Below are positions 54,924 to 64,000 of a stretch of 64,000 bases of DNA, piece by piece. The DNA comes from Candidatus Peribacteria bacterium (GTDB lineage: Bacteria > Patescibacteriota > Gracilibacteria > Peribacterales > Peribacteraceae). Below the pieces are notes generated by a model. That model had not been told where the DNA came from, made no database searches, and saw only the letters and a program-made list of their open reading frames with translations. Numbering within the stretch: position 1 is the stretch's first letter; each line of letters opens with the position of its first letter. The DNA is taken from positions 1,902 to 65,901 of the forward strand of contig JAHFJR010000002.1 of NCBI GenBank assembly GCA_023245775.1, in the 5' to 3' direction. The translations under genes were made by a program, and so were the position numbers.

Positions 54924-55238
54924 TTAACTTGAATGTTCACAGGACTCATGCATCCCTCCATAGAGGAGCTTCTTGCAAGCGTGGCGGGTTCCTTGGCTCC
55001 TCCTGCATGCGTCCATTCTTCTGGCAAGAAAAAGATTCTGTCCAAGAGCGCGTACGTTATCTTGTTCGAGAGCGATGCGTAATCGCAGTTCTCTTGTCGC
55101 AGCTTCTTGATCGGTGGGCGACAGAGTCTCAAGTTCGAAGAAGTGCTGAAAGGATTCAAGATGTGCAGGCGTGAGGAGACCAATTTCTCCATCCATATTT
55201 GCCACGCCTGAAGGGACGAGTAACATGAGTGCGATCAT
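54924..55238 (-). CDS. Possible small secreted hypothetical protein
   Basis: ORF starting MIALMLLVPSG, between two REP-like hairpins. Confidence 0.4.
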   Translation of the reverse strand: MIALMLLVPSGVANMDGEIGLLTPAHLESFQHFFELETLSPTDQEAATRELRLRIALEQDNVRALGQNLFLARRMDACRRSQGTRHACKKLLYGGMHESCEHSS

Positions 55239-55325
55239 GAAGTATCGTATTTTTTTGTCAAATTTTGTTAGCAGGAGCGACGACTCTCCGCATTTCAATG
55301 GACAAAAATCTGTTCCCCAGATGGA

Positions 55326-55358
55326 GTAGAGACGCCCCGCTGCGCTGGGCATCTCTAC
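55326..55358. repeat. GTAG-type REP-like palindrome
   Basis: GTAGAGACGCCC-CGCTGCGCT-GGGCATCTCTAC. Confidence 0.7.
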
Positions 55359-55374
55359 AACATCAGAACATTAC

Positions 55375-56532
55375 TTACCTTACCGCTTTGATCAGCGCAT
55401 CCAGCCGATCACACTTCTCCCACTTCACATCGAGGTCTTCGCGGCCCATGTGACCGTACGAGGCGACTTTCTGGTACTGAGGACGGAGCAGATCGAGGTC
55501 CTTAATGATCGCTGCAGGGCGGAGATCGAAGACCAGAGAAATGGCTTTCTCTAGGGCTCGGTCACTCACCTTCCCCGTGCCGAAGGTATCAACCCGGAGT
55601 GAGACTGGAGCAGCGATACCGATGGCGTAGGCTACTTGCACCTCGCACTTCTTCGCGAGGCCAGATTTGACGACGTGCTTGGCAACCCAGCGTGCGGCGT
55701 ACGCGGCACTCCGATCGACCTTGCTCGGGTCCTTGCCCGAGAAGGCACCACCACCGTGACGGCTGTAGCCACCGTACGTGTCGACGATGATCTTGCGGCC
55801 CGTGAGTCCGCAGTCGCCTGGGGGGCCACCGATGACGAAGCGTCCGGTCGGATTGATGAAGTACTTCGTACTGGCATCGAGGTACGGTCCACAGACGGGC
55901 TCGATGATATGCTTCTTGATGTCCTTGCAGATCTGTTCGTGGCTGACCGTATCGGCGTGCTGCGTCGAGATGACGACCGTCTGTGCGCGCGTCGGCTTTC
56001 CTTCATCGTCGTATTCGATCGTCACCTGACTCTTCCCGTCGGGACGGAGGTAGGTGAGTCCTTTGGACTTGCGCACTTCTGCAAGCTTGCGTGTCAGCTT
56101 GTGCGCGAGTGAAATCGGCAGTGGCATCAGCTCCGGCGTCTCATCGCACGCGAAGCCGAACATCAATCCTTGATCTCCTGCCCCCTGTTCCTTCGTCGTG
56201 GTCTTTGCGGCAGTGACCCCTTGGTCGATATCTGCACTCTGTTCGCCGACACAGACCATGACGGCACAGGCCTTGTGGTCGAAACCGAAGATGCCGTCGT
56301 CGTAGCCAATGTTCTTGATCGTGTCGCGCGCGACTTGTGCCATCGGGATGTAGGTATTCGTCGTGATCTCACCCGCAACGACGACGAGGCCGGTCGTGGC
56401 GAGGCACTCACAGGCGACATGCGAAGCGGGATCCTTGCTGAGCGCGTAGTCGAGCACCGCATCGGAAATCTGATCGCAGAGTTTATCGGGGTGGCCCTCG
56501 GTAACACTTTCTGAAGTAAAGAAGCTTGGCAT
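55375..56532 (-). CDS. metK: S-adenosylmethionine synthetase
   Basis: [42 protein letters not shown]. Confidence 0.98.
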   Translation of the reverse strand: MPSFFTSESVTEGHPDKLCDQISDAVLDYALSKDPASHVACECLATTGLVVVAGEITTNTYIPMAQVARDTIKNIGYDDGIFGFDHKACAVMVCVGEQSADIDQGVTAAKTTTKEQGAGDQGLMFGFACDETPELMPLPISLAHKLTRKLAEVRKSKGLTYLRPDGKSQVTIEYDDEGKPTRAQTVVISTQHADTVSHEQICKDIKKHIIEPVCGPYLDASTKYFINPTGRFVIGGPPGDCGLTGRKIIVDTYGGYSRHGGGAFSGKDPSKVDRSAAYAARWVAKHVVKSGLAKKCEVQVAYAIGIAAPVSLRVDTFGTGKVSDRALEKAISLVFDLRPAAIIKDLDLLRPQYQKVASYGHMGREDLDVKWEKCDRLDALIKAVR

Positions 56533-56558
56533 ATGATGGAGAGAATAATAAATAAAAA

Positions 56559-56597
56559 GTTACCCTGAGCGAGCCGTCAGGCGAGTCGAAGGGTCAC
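56559..56597. repeat. REP-like imperfect hairpin in the metK leader
   Basis: GTTACCCTGAGCGAGCCGTCAGGCGAGTCGAAGGGTCAC, followed by a 9-nt periodic AGGTnnGG tract at 56631-56683. Confidence 0.55.
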
Positions 56598-56724
56598 AGA
56601 CTCGGAGGTGAAGAGAGAGGACATACGTAGAGGTGGGGAAGGTAAGGAAGGTGAGGTACGTGTGGTAGGTTTGGTAGGTAGGTGGGCAAAAATTCAATGC
56701 GGCTCTACCGACCCGCGGATCAGA

Positions 56725-56751
56725 CAAAAAGAACTTTCCCTGAGGAAAGCT
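56725..56751 (-). terminator. Intrinsic terminator of the riboswitch expression platform
   Basis: Minus strand AGCTTTCC-TCAG-GGAAAGTT-CTTTTT, just 3' of the aptamer. Confidence 0.7.
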
Positions 56752-56760
56752 AGTGAAATG

Positions 56761-56878
56761 CTATCTTTCCCCTGACGGGGCCGAAGGTACCACCGTTTCC
56801 TCTCGAGGAAGGTTGGCGGACGCGTATTGGGTCGGTTACCCTGCCTACCGGCAGGCAGGCACGCGTCACTCTTGATAG
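56761..56878 (-). promoter_or_regulatory. SAM-I (S-box) riboswitch upstream of metK, carrying a palindromic insert
   Basis: Minus strand: CTATC-AAGAG...GACGCGT/ACGCGTC...GCCAACC...GGTGG...CCCC-GTCA-GGGG-AAA-GATAG. Insert at 56840-56859. Confidence 0.85.
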
Positions 56879-56934
56879 GCGATGGTGTGAGAAGGAGTCT
56901 ATGGAAAAGATACTGTGGTTGCATCAGAAAGAAA

Positions 56935-56963
56935 TTTACAATTTTATAATAATATGGTATTAT
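56935..56963 (+). promoter_or_regulatory. Sigma70-type promoter
   Basis: TTTACA-17 nt-TATTAT with an extended TG. Confidence 0.55.
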
Positions 56964-57003
56964 TATACTGATCTACACAAAGACTCGTATCACTCAACAT
57001 TGT

Positions 57004-60000
57004 ATGAATCTATCCGAAGATCATGAGCAGGATGCACACCCAGATATCGAAGATATGGGTGAGAGGAGGGTATCCCAAGCCGCCACTCTTCTTGGTCTTC
57101 TCGATAAGAGAGAAGAGGTGGAAAGAATCATTGCATCGGAGGGAAGGACCGTTCAAGATCTTTGTAGATCTCTGGGAATCTCAGCTCGAGAGAGTCATGA
57201 TGAAGTGAGAGAGAAGACGATAGATCACCCTGAGGATAGAGCACGTGCAATGGAGGAGGAACTTTCTCGTTTGGTAGATCCTACGATTGATGAAATTTCG
57301 AGAGTGATCATAACGTCAGGGTTAGCCGCTGAAGAGATTCGTACATGGTTGAGAGTGAACAACATGGACATTCAATGTCTTGTATCGCAAAGAGGACATT
57401 TGGGAATCAAAAGTTCTGAAGTATCAGAGCAGCTTGCAGGCCATCGGAAGAGAAATTTTTGGCAAAAACTTTTCCATCCAAAAGAAAGAGAGAAGATCGT
57501 GCAAGGGGTACGAGAAGTCTCCAGCGCTCTTGCACGTCTGGATGGAGAGCTTGCAACAAGGCGGCCTCGTTTTGATCACATCACATTGGCAATGCAAAGA
57601 CTCTCTCAGAGACGAGAGGATCTTGTCACTAGCGCAGTTAATCAGTTCTTTGAGCATATTGAAGAGAAATACAGAGGACTTCAGGCAGCATTCGTGACAC
57701 CTCAAGTCAAGGAGGGACTCAATACTGTGTTGATTGCAGAGAACGTACTACCCAAATTGAATGAGCTCAAAGCGGATGGCAGAATGAGTGAGGCAGATTC
57801 GGTGGAGTATCTTGGTCTGCTCCGAGCCAAGTTGGCTGAAGGCTATCTCGATTGGAGCGCTGCAGTAGAAAAGAAAGAAGCGGCGGAGAAAAGGAGAAAG
57901 CGATTAGAGTGTCTCCATCGACAATCACGGCACAGTTTGGAGGGAATAAGTAGCGTCATCGAGAGTAAGGGGAATGAGGCGGCTGACGTTTATTACGATA
58001 GGATCTTTGAGGTATTGCTGCGGGAAGCTGCAAAAGAAGAGATCGAGCGATGGCGAGATGCCTTGTGTACTTTGGTAGGTCCCGACTTGCAGGGGGCCAT
58101 TGCCCAAAGCAGTAAGCAGAGTGTGTATCCGGCAAGGAGTGATTGGGGCGGGGGACATGAGACAGAAAAAGATATTCTGGATCTCAGGGAAGTTCCCATT
58201 GGGGATGTGAACAAGCTCAATGGATTGGTGCGATGGCCGGTGGTCAAGCGTTTTGCAGAACAGTCAGGCCTGATACCAGAAAATATTTTTTTGCGTGTCG
58301 AGCGTATCATTATTGAAAGATTATTTCACGAACAACTATTCCCAGGTGGACGCGAGTCATGGGAGGGTACCGCTGCGAGTTACAAGATAGGTGCGCTACA
58401 GAATCCTGAGGCTTTGCCCCTTTTGCTGAAGCAGATTGAGGCATTCGGGACTGGCCATACGAATGATGCCGTTGTCTATGCTATGGAGAGCCTGCTCTCA
58501 GAGAGTAATCCTGATCACCTCCAACAGGTGCTCCAATCTTTGCCAGAAAACAAAAGAATTTTACTAGAGACTCTTGCGAATGAGCACTCGTATATGACTC
58601 GGTTTGGCAGATGCAATGCTCGGTATGTTACGTGCGTGCTCTTGAAGGATGGTGATTTCACTCTCGCGAAGGAGCAGTTGACAAGAATTTTGGAAAATGG
58701 AGGAAGCTTTGGGGATCAGCAGTTGAAGGATTTTTATCTAGGAAGCAGAGAGTTCGGACCTGAGGCATCGGCAGAACTTCTACAAAAAAGGGAAGAGGTG
58801 GAACAGGTCATCATCCAGAGCAAATTATCTTTCTGGACTCAGGCTGCTGATAAACTGTTGGCAGCACTGGTCCATCCAGGGAACGGAGACAGCGTCGCAT
58901 TCCCCAAAAGAATCGCGAAGGAAGGTCTCGGTGTTTCCGACGAAGCAATGATCGGTGTACTCGACCAGATTTTTTCCACAAAGACGTTCAAGGGAAGCGG
59001 TTTTGAGAGAGAGGCATTCCTCGATGGTCTCCTTGTGCTCAATGCAAAAGAAGACGGGGCAGCTGTCCTAGAAACACTGCTCGGTGTGTATCGAAGTGCG
59101 AAGAATGATCCCTCGAGGATGAGGCGCATCTTCCAGCTTCTCTCTACGCTCGATGCCTTTGGAGAATATGCTTTCGTCGTACCGAGCTCACAGCATGTGG
59201 ATCAGATTCGTTCGGATATTGCTGGTCTGGAGGAACAGCTTCCGCAAACGAAGGAGAAGAGTGGACGGAAGAAGACGAAGGATGCGATAGAAACGCTCAA
59301 AGTCGAACTGCAGAATGTGACCGGACTGAAGGGTATCGAGGATGCTATGACAAAAAAAGTCGTCGAGGTTGCGTGTAGACGGCTGGAATTACCGCAGAAA
59401 TTTCATGAGAAGATCGAGGGAAATTTGGAAGAATTTCTTAGAAGCGGACTGTTCGAAATCGTTCCAACACTTGCAGGAAAATATGACAAGGAGAACAGAA
59501 CCGATGTGAGCAATCTTCTGAGGACGGTCACGGAGCACATTATTGAGGGGGATTTCAATGCATGGCGCTACACGCACGAGCAGACGGCGATACAACTCGC
59601 TGGTCTGACGGAAGAGCAGAAAAAGTTTTGGAGAGAAACGCTGGAACCGATAACGATCGACATCTCACTCTCGGATGATGAAGAGAGCAGGCGAGCGGAT
59701 GAATTGAGAGCCACCAAGGACATTCTTAGAAATGCGAAGGAACACATTCTTGTTGAACAGCCGCATTTTGATTTTTCTAGAGACAGGGCTCGTATGCTTT
59801 CGATACAGGTTGATGGATTGACCGAAAGAATAAAATCTTGCACGTCCGATGATGAAAAGAGATCACTCGTCGTAGAGAAGCGGAGGGTGCAAGCGGAGAC
59901 AACACTCCTCTCTGGATTCTTGGAGATTGAAGAGGCAACAACCGCATCCTTTACACGCGACAGAATCTGTGCGCAGGCACGTGCATTGTGCAATTGTCTT

Positions 60001-60666
60001 ACGACTCTCACCTTACCTTTGGCGGAATTGGACATACAACAGATTGAAAAAATCTTCACGGTCGGTGACATACGCGCTATCAGCGCTTACGAGTCGGATG
60101 ACCCGATGACTCTGCTCAAGGTTGGAGTGGAGCCGCAGGAAACGTGCCAATCTTGGAGAAATGGTGGATACAACCATTGTCTGTTGGCGTATGTGGCCGA
60201 TAGCAATAAAAAAGTGCTGAATGTTGCTGACGGAGAAGGCCGTATTGTGGCAAGAAGCATGATCAAACTGACAAAACAACGTGATCTGCATGACTTTTCT
60301 TCAGAGACAGAGAGGAGAACGTTGCTCATTGAAAAGCCCTATTCCCTCCTTCCGAATGCCGAAGTCTATCGAGCATTCATACGTGTGCTCTTGAAGAAGG
60401 CACAAGGTCTTGATGCTTCGATTACCTTCAGAGGAGATGGGATGGACCCTCAGACGTTGGAGATCTTTGAAGAAGAGGCGGCAACATGTGGCTATGGAAG
60501 GAGAGAAGGTACGTTCGAGCTTTTCATACCGCAGAGCTTGAATAGGTTCGAATATAGCGATGCTCTCGGTGGGGAAATAACATCCTTCGATCGATATCAG
60601 GAACTTCCTGGTGTCACGTTTGAAAGATTGAAAACAGAATCCGGACTCTTGCATGGAGAGGAATGA
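57004..60666 (+). CDS. Large helical hypothetical protein with a conserved-looking C-terminal domain
   Basis: 1220-aa ORF, lower GC, no signal peptide; C-terminal ETCQSW...NHCLLAY..DSNKK...IVARS...IEKPY. Confidence 0.8.
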   Translation: MNLSEDHEQDAHPDIEDMGERRVSQAATLLGLLDKREEVERIIASEGRTVQDLCRSLGISARESHDEVREKTIDHPEDRARAMEEELSRLVDPTIDEISRVIITSGLAAEEIRTWLRVNNMDIQCLVSQRGHLGIKSSEVSEQLAGHRKRNFWQKLFHPKEREKIVQGVREVSSALARLDGELATRRPRFDHITLAMQRLSQRREDLVTSAVNQFFEHIEEKYRGLQAAFVTPQVKEGLNTVLIAENVLPKLNELKADGRMSEADSVEYLGLLRAKLAEGYLDWSAAVEKKEAAEKRRKRLECLHRQSRHSLEGISSVIESKGNEAADVYYDRIFEVLLREAAKEEIERWRDALCTLVGPDLQGAIAQSSKQSVYPARSDWGGGHETEKDILDLREVPIGDVNKLNGLVRWPVVKRFAEQSGLIPENIFLRVERIIIERLFHEQLFPGGRESWEGTAASYKIGALQNPEALPLLLKQIEAFGTGHTNDAVVYAMESLLSESNPDHLQQVLQSLPENKRILLETLANEHSYMTRFGRCNARYVTCVLLKDGDFTLAKEQLTRILENGGSFGDQQLKDFYLGSREFGPEASAELLQKREEVEQVIIQSKLSFWTQAADKLLAALVHPGNGDSVAFPKRIAKEGLGVSDEAMIGVLDQIFSTKTFKGSGFEREAFLDGLLVLNAKEDGAAVLETLLGVYRSAKNDPSRMRRIFQLLSTLDAFGEYAFVVPSSQHVDQIRSDIAGLEEQLPQTKEKSGRKKTKDAIETLKVELQNVTGLKGIEDAMTKKVVEVACRRLELPQKFHEKIEGNLEEFLRSGLFEIVPTLAGKYDKENRTDVSNLLRTVTEHIIEGDFNAWRYTHEQTAIQLAGLTEEQKKFWRETLEPITIDISLSDDEESRRADELRATKDILRNAKEHILVEQPHFDFSRDRARMLSIQVDGLTERIKSCTSDDEKRSLVVEKRRVQAETTLLSGFLEIEEATTASFTRDRICAQARALCNCLTTLTLPLAELDIQQIEKIFTVGDIRAISAYESDDPMTLLKVGVEPQETCQSWRNGGYNHCLLAYVADSNKKVLNVADGEGRIVARSMIKLTKQRDLHDFSSETERRTLLIEKPYSLLPNAEVYRAFIRVLLKKAQGLDASITFRGDGMDPQTLEIFEEEAATCGYGRREGTFELFIPQSLNRFEYSDALGGEITSFDRYQELPGVTFERLKTESGLLHGEE

Positions 60667-60750
60667 ACGCTGAAGTTAGATACCCCTCGTCTCCTCTGCT
60701 ACAGTGCCGTACTGTTGATTTCGGAGTCCCCTGCTCCCGTTCTCCACTCT

Positions 60751-63201
60751 ATGCATTTGCTCCTGAGATTGGCACGATCGCCTCTGCTACGGAGAGGCGA
60801 CTGGCAACTGTTTCTGATCGTTCACTGCGCATTCGTCGCTATCGGCATGGCCCCGCTCCTCCTTCGGACACATCTGCTCTCGGGATTGGAGTTCACGTAT
60901 CCGCTGTTTCAGCTGTACACGCCACGTGCGTTGCTGTCGGGGAATGCCTTCTTCAATGCGCTGAATCTCAACGGCTTCCCGACGTTCATCGGCACGGATT
61001 ATTACTCGATGAATCCGTTCACGTATCTCTTCACCGCGCTGCTTCCTCCCTTCGATAGTCTGAATGCTTTCGTCTTCGCGAACATGGTTGCTGGTGGGTT
61101 CTTCTGCTCACTTCTGATCAGGAGACTCGGCTTCTCCCGCGCTGCGGCGATCATCGGAGGTGCAAGTTATGTCACGGGGAGCTGGCTCCTGATCGTGACC
61201 TCCCAATTCGTCGCATTCCTACCGATCCCCCCACTGATGATCTCGATCCTCCTGGCAAGCCGCCAGCATCCTCTGAGGGCATGCCTAGCCGGCACGCTCC
61301 TGTGCACGTACCTGTGGTGGGCGGTGTTCCTCCAGATCACACTGATGATCTTCGCGCTCTCAGCTGCTGCAGCTGTGATTCTGGCTTGGAAGCTGCGTTC
61401 CAACGGGAGGATTGCCAGATCTCCGCTGATTGTCTTCGTCGTGAGTGTCGTCATCAGCACGTTGACGGTTCTGCCAAAGCTCCTCATCACCAAGGTCTAT
61501 GGAGATCTCTCTTGGCGAGCTGCCGGTGTGCCGAGTGCCGAAGCGACATCGCAGGGCATCAGCGCGCTCTCCCCACTACGCTACCTCTTTCCGTACGCCC
61601 AATTCCCGTTCCTCAACTTCGGCGGTGACATCCTCATGCTGTACGTGGGCACATTCGGTTTCCTCTTCCTGCTGACCGGGATCTTCGTCCAGCTTCCGAG
61701 AGCATCGGTGCCGCGCGTGCGTTGGTGGATCACGGGGTACGTGTTGCTCCTGCTCATGGCGATCAATCATTCACCCTTAGCGGCGATCGTTCATTCTTTT
61801 CCACCATTTTCGTACTTCCGTGGGGCTGGACGGTGGATGCTCCTTGGTACGTTCGTGGCAGCTCCGATCATCGCAGCTGGGGTGGATGCACTCGTAGCGG
61901 GGGAGGCGGAAAAACTACGGAGGATGTTCGCAGCTGTGCTCGGCAGTGCCGTCTTCGTACTGTGTGCTTGGCTAGCTGCTATGCAATCGGTGCTCACGCT
62001 GCTGCCGCGATGGCCGATCGCTCTGTTTCAGCGCTACTTTGCTACGGTCCACGAGACACTCGGTTTGCAGCCGCCGCTCACGTACTACGAAACATTCGTG
62101 GAGCGGCGCATTGCCGATCTTGGAGCACATCCCTTGTTCCTAGAACCGCGAACGCTGTTCCCGCTGCTCTCCCTCTTCGTCCTTGCAATCGTGCTCCAAG
62201 ACAGAGTCTGGCGGAGTGTGCGACGGACTCCATGGATCCTGGTTGCCTGCACGCTGCTCACTTCGATGTCCGTGCTGTTTTGGTACAACGAATACATTCC
62301 ACGCGATGCGATTCCCGTGGCGATTCACACGGTTGAATTTCTGAAGGCGCACCCCAGTCTAGCCATCGGCGTCCTCTCGGAACAAGCTTCGATCGCTGCA
62401 TTCAGAGAGAAACCGTCCGAGAGAGACCGCATCGAATGGTCCCTAGAATACCTCGTGCCGAATACGAACTTGTATAACGACATTCCCATCCTCGATACCT
62501 TCGACAATCTTCCCTCGCGGCGTCCGACGGCCTTGGCAAGTTGGGTCGGCGCTCACTGGGCCGGTGAACACTGGATCCTCGGCTCCGACCCGTACCGGAT
62601 CGCGGCGGTGCCAGGATCGTTGCACGACAAATTGGTCGCCTATGCGAAACGCAAAGACATGATGGACGTGATGGGACTTCGATACATCGTGAGCGCCTTC
62701 CCGATCGCGGATACGCGTTTCCGAAAGGTCTTCGAAGCCATCATCACATCGAAGCGGCTTCCTATTGCGATCTATGAGAACCCCGACGCGCGGCCCAAGG
62801 CGTATTTCGCCGATGCCATAGAAACGGTGACAGAGAACGAAGCAGAGACGATCCATCGGATGCTCAGTGGCACATGGCCACGTAGGAAATCACTGATCGA
62901 ATGCGAACCCGAATGCACTCCACTCAAGCCAAGCGGTATGGGAGACGTGACGATCGTGCGTGATGAAGGTCACGCGCTGACGATCCGAACATCTTCGCCA
63001 ACACCGCAGTGGCTCGTGTTGAACGTCAACCGACTGCCGGGATGGATCGTCACGATCGACAGCGCGACAGCGCGAACGGTCTATGCGAATGGCACATTCT
63101 TTGGAGTACAAGTGCCGGGGGGAAACCATACGATCGCATGGAGGTTTTCGTTGATGCAGATTCTGCGGGAAGGCTTACATGGAGCGGTGGATCGTACGTG
63201 A
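60751..63201 (+). CDS. YfhO-family (GT-C-like) membrane protein
   Basis: Many TM segments, LNGFP, LYVG, FRGAGRW, YENPDARPKAY, PGW...ANGTFFGVQVPGGNHTI. Confidence 0.82.
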   Translation: MHLLLRLARSPLLRRGDWQLFLIVHCAFVAIGMAPLLLRTHLLSGLEFTYPLFQLYTPRALLSGNAFFNALNLNGFPTFIGTDYYSMNPFTYLFTALLPPFDSLNAFVFANMVAGGFFCSLLIRRLGFSRAAAIIGGASYVTGSWLLIVTSQFVAFLPIPPLMISILLASRQHPLRACLAGTLLCTYLWWAVFLQITLMIFALSAAAAVILAWKLRSNGRIARSPLIVFVVSVVISTLTVLPKLLITKVYGDLSWRAAGVPSAEATSQGISALSPLRYLFPYAQFPFLNFGGDILMLYVGTFGFLFLLTGIFVQLPRASVPRVRWWITGYVLLLLMAINHSPLAAIVHSFPPFSYFRGAGRWMLLGTFVAAPIIAAGVDALVAGEAEKLRRMFAAVLGSAVFVLCAWLAAMQSVLTLLPRWPIALFQRYFATVHETLGLQPPLTYYETFVERRIADLGAHPLFLEPRTLFPLLSLFVLAIVLQDRVWRSVRRTPWILVACTLLTSMSVLFWYNEYIPRDAIPVAIHTVEFLKAHPSLAIGVLSEQASIAAFREKPSERDRIEWSLEYLVPNTNLYNDIPILDTFDNLPSRRPTALASWVGAHWAGEHWILGSDPYRIAAVPGSLHDKLVAYAKRKDMMDVMGLRYIVSAFPIADTRFRKVFEAIITSKRLPIAIYENPDARPKAYFADAIETVTENEAETIHRMLSGTWPRRKSLIECEPECTPLKPSGMGDVTIVRDEGHALTIRTSSPTPQWLVLNVNRLPGWIVTIDSATARTVYANGTFFGVQVPGGNHTIAWRFSLMQILREGLHGAVDRT

Positions 63202-64000
63202 ATCGATCACCTTCTCTACCACTCGCGCAACCGCTTCAGCCGCGATCGTGTGCCCCAGAGCGTTCCAGTGTCCGTCGCAGGAGAAGTAGAAGTACGGATA
63301 CACGAGTGCACGTTTGCTCTGCTCGGCGAGGAAGACTGGGACGAGGTCGATGAATGGCACGCCATGATGCTCTGCAATCTTTGCAAAACGTGCGAAGGGA
63401 TAGGAGGGGGTGAATGCCTTCGGTGGATCTTGACCGTACTGCTTTCGAATCAATGCTGCGATATCGGGTGCGGTTTCTAGGAGCTCTGGAACCGAGAAGG
63501 CGATCAGCTGCTTGGGTGGCGATATCTGGCGCTTGAGGGACTGGATCGCCCGATCGACCCTCGCCCATCCCCGTTCGCGCTCGGGTGGTGCTGGCGCGTC
63601 GAACACGTGGTACTCACGCGGATACGGGGGGAAACCGCTGATACCCGAGGGCGATGCTGTCTCCTGTCTCGCGAAACGGTACAAAACATTAGCGAAGCGG
63701 TACAGGGCGCTGTGCATACGTAGCCAGTGGCGCGTGCCGTCGAACGGCGTCCTCTTGCGGAAAGACAGCAAGTTGCCGTCATCATCACGGTACGTGAGAC
63801 GCGTCGCGTGCAGAGGACCTCCCTCCATGTCTGGGTCGCTGTTCTCGACGTCATTGCTGTAGAAGGCCAGGAGGACAATATCCGGATCGAACGTGCTGAC
63901 CACGTTCTCGTACAGAATATCCTCCTGTTCAGTGCCGATGGAACTGAGACCAAAATTCAGCACTTCGACCTTGTCTTTCCCCAAGATCTTCTCCAGCTGC
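63175..64000 (-). CDS. SGNH/GDSL hydrolase-family protein (its 5' end lies beyond the window)
   Basis: VLNFGLS.IGT, PDIVLLAFYSND, DGHWNALGH. Confidence 0.85.
   Translation of the reverse strand, partial: QLEKILGKDKVEVLNFGLSSIGTEQEDILYENVVSTFDPDIVLLAFYSNDVENSDPDMEGGPLHATRLTYRDDDGNLLSFRKRTPFDGTRHWLRMHSALYRFANVLYRFARQETASPSGISGFPPYPREYHVFDAPAPPERERGWARVDRAIQSLKRQISPPKQLIAFSVPELLETAPDIAALIRKQYGQDPPKAFTPSYPFARFAKIAEHHGVPFIDLVPVFLAEQSKRALVYPYFYFSCDGHWNALGHTIAAEAVARVVEKVIDSRTIHRSM

Noticed and set aside
1..64000. Alternative genetic code with TGA read as Gly
   Set aside because: Conserved genes are full length in code 11, and TGA stops form ATGA overlaps.
1..64000. Prophage, IS transposase, integrase or reverse transcriptase
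   Set aside because: No ORF with recognisable motifs for these was found.

Overview
Bacterial chromosome segment in genetic code 11 (TGA is used as stop). Gene content and style suggest a CPR lineage such as Peribacteria/Peregrinibacteria; this is inference. The housekeeping genes are ssb (partial), dnaE, tsaC, nrdR, aspS, pyrF, comM, yraN, apbE, a phosphomannomutase, recJ, hsp20, pabA/pabB-like, galU-like, uvrB, serS and metK. The window also has two tRNAs (Leu-UAG, Asp-GUC), a SAM-I riboswitch, two toxin-antitoxin pairs, envelope genes and a five-gene operon of Cys-rich secreted proteins. Two linked patterns stand out. First, both tRNA genes sit beside a short stand-alone GIY-YIG nuclease gene bracketed by duplicated tRNA fragments that carry palindromic hairpins. 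Second, several families of small palindromes (about 16-140 bp) and heptamer tracts are scattered through the window. They are often nested in one another, keep the reading frame inside conserved proteins (DnaE, TsaC, PMM, UvrB, SerS, a GT4, an amidase), and occur inside the riboswitch. Four of these inserts sit at the same TC^CAC position of a heptamer repeat. Many genes look leaderless, with a -10 box 6-7 nt before the start codon. All calls are by eye; no searches were run.
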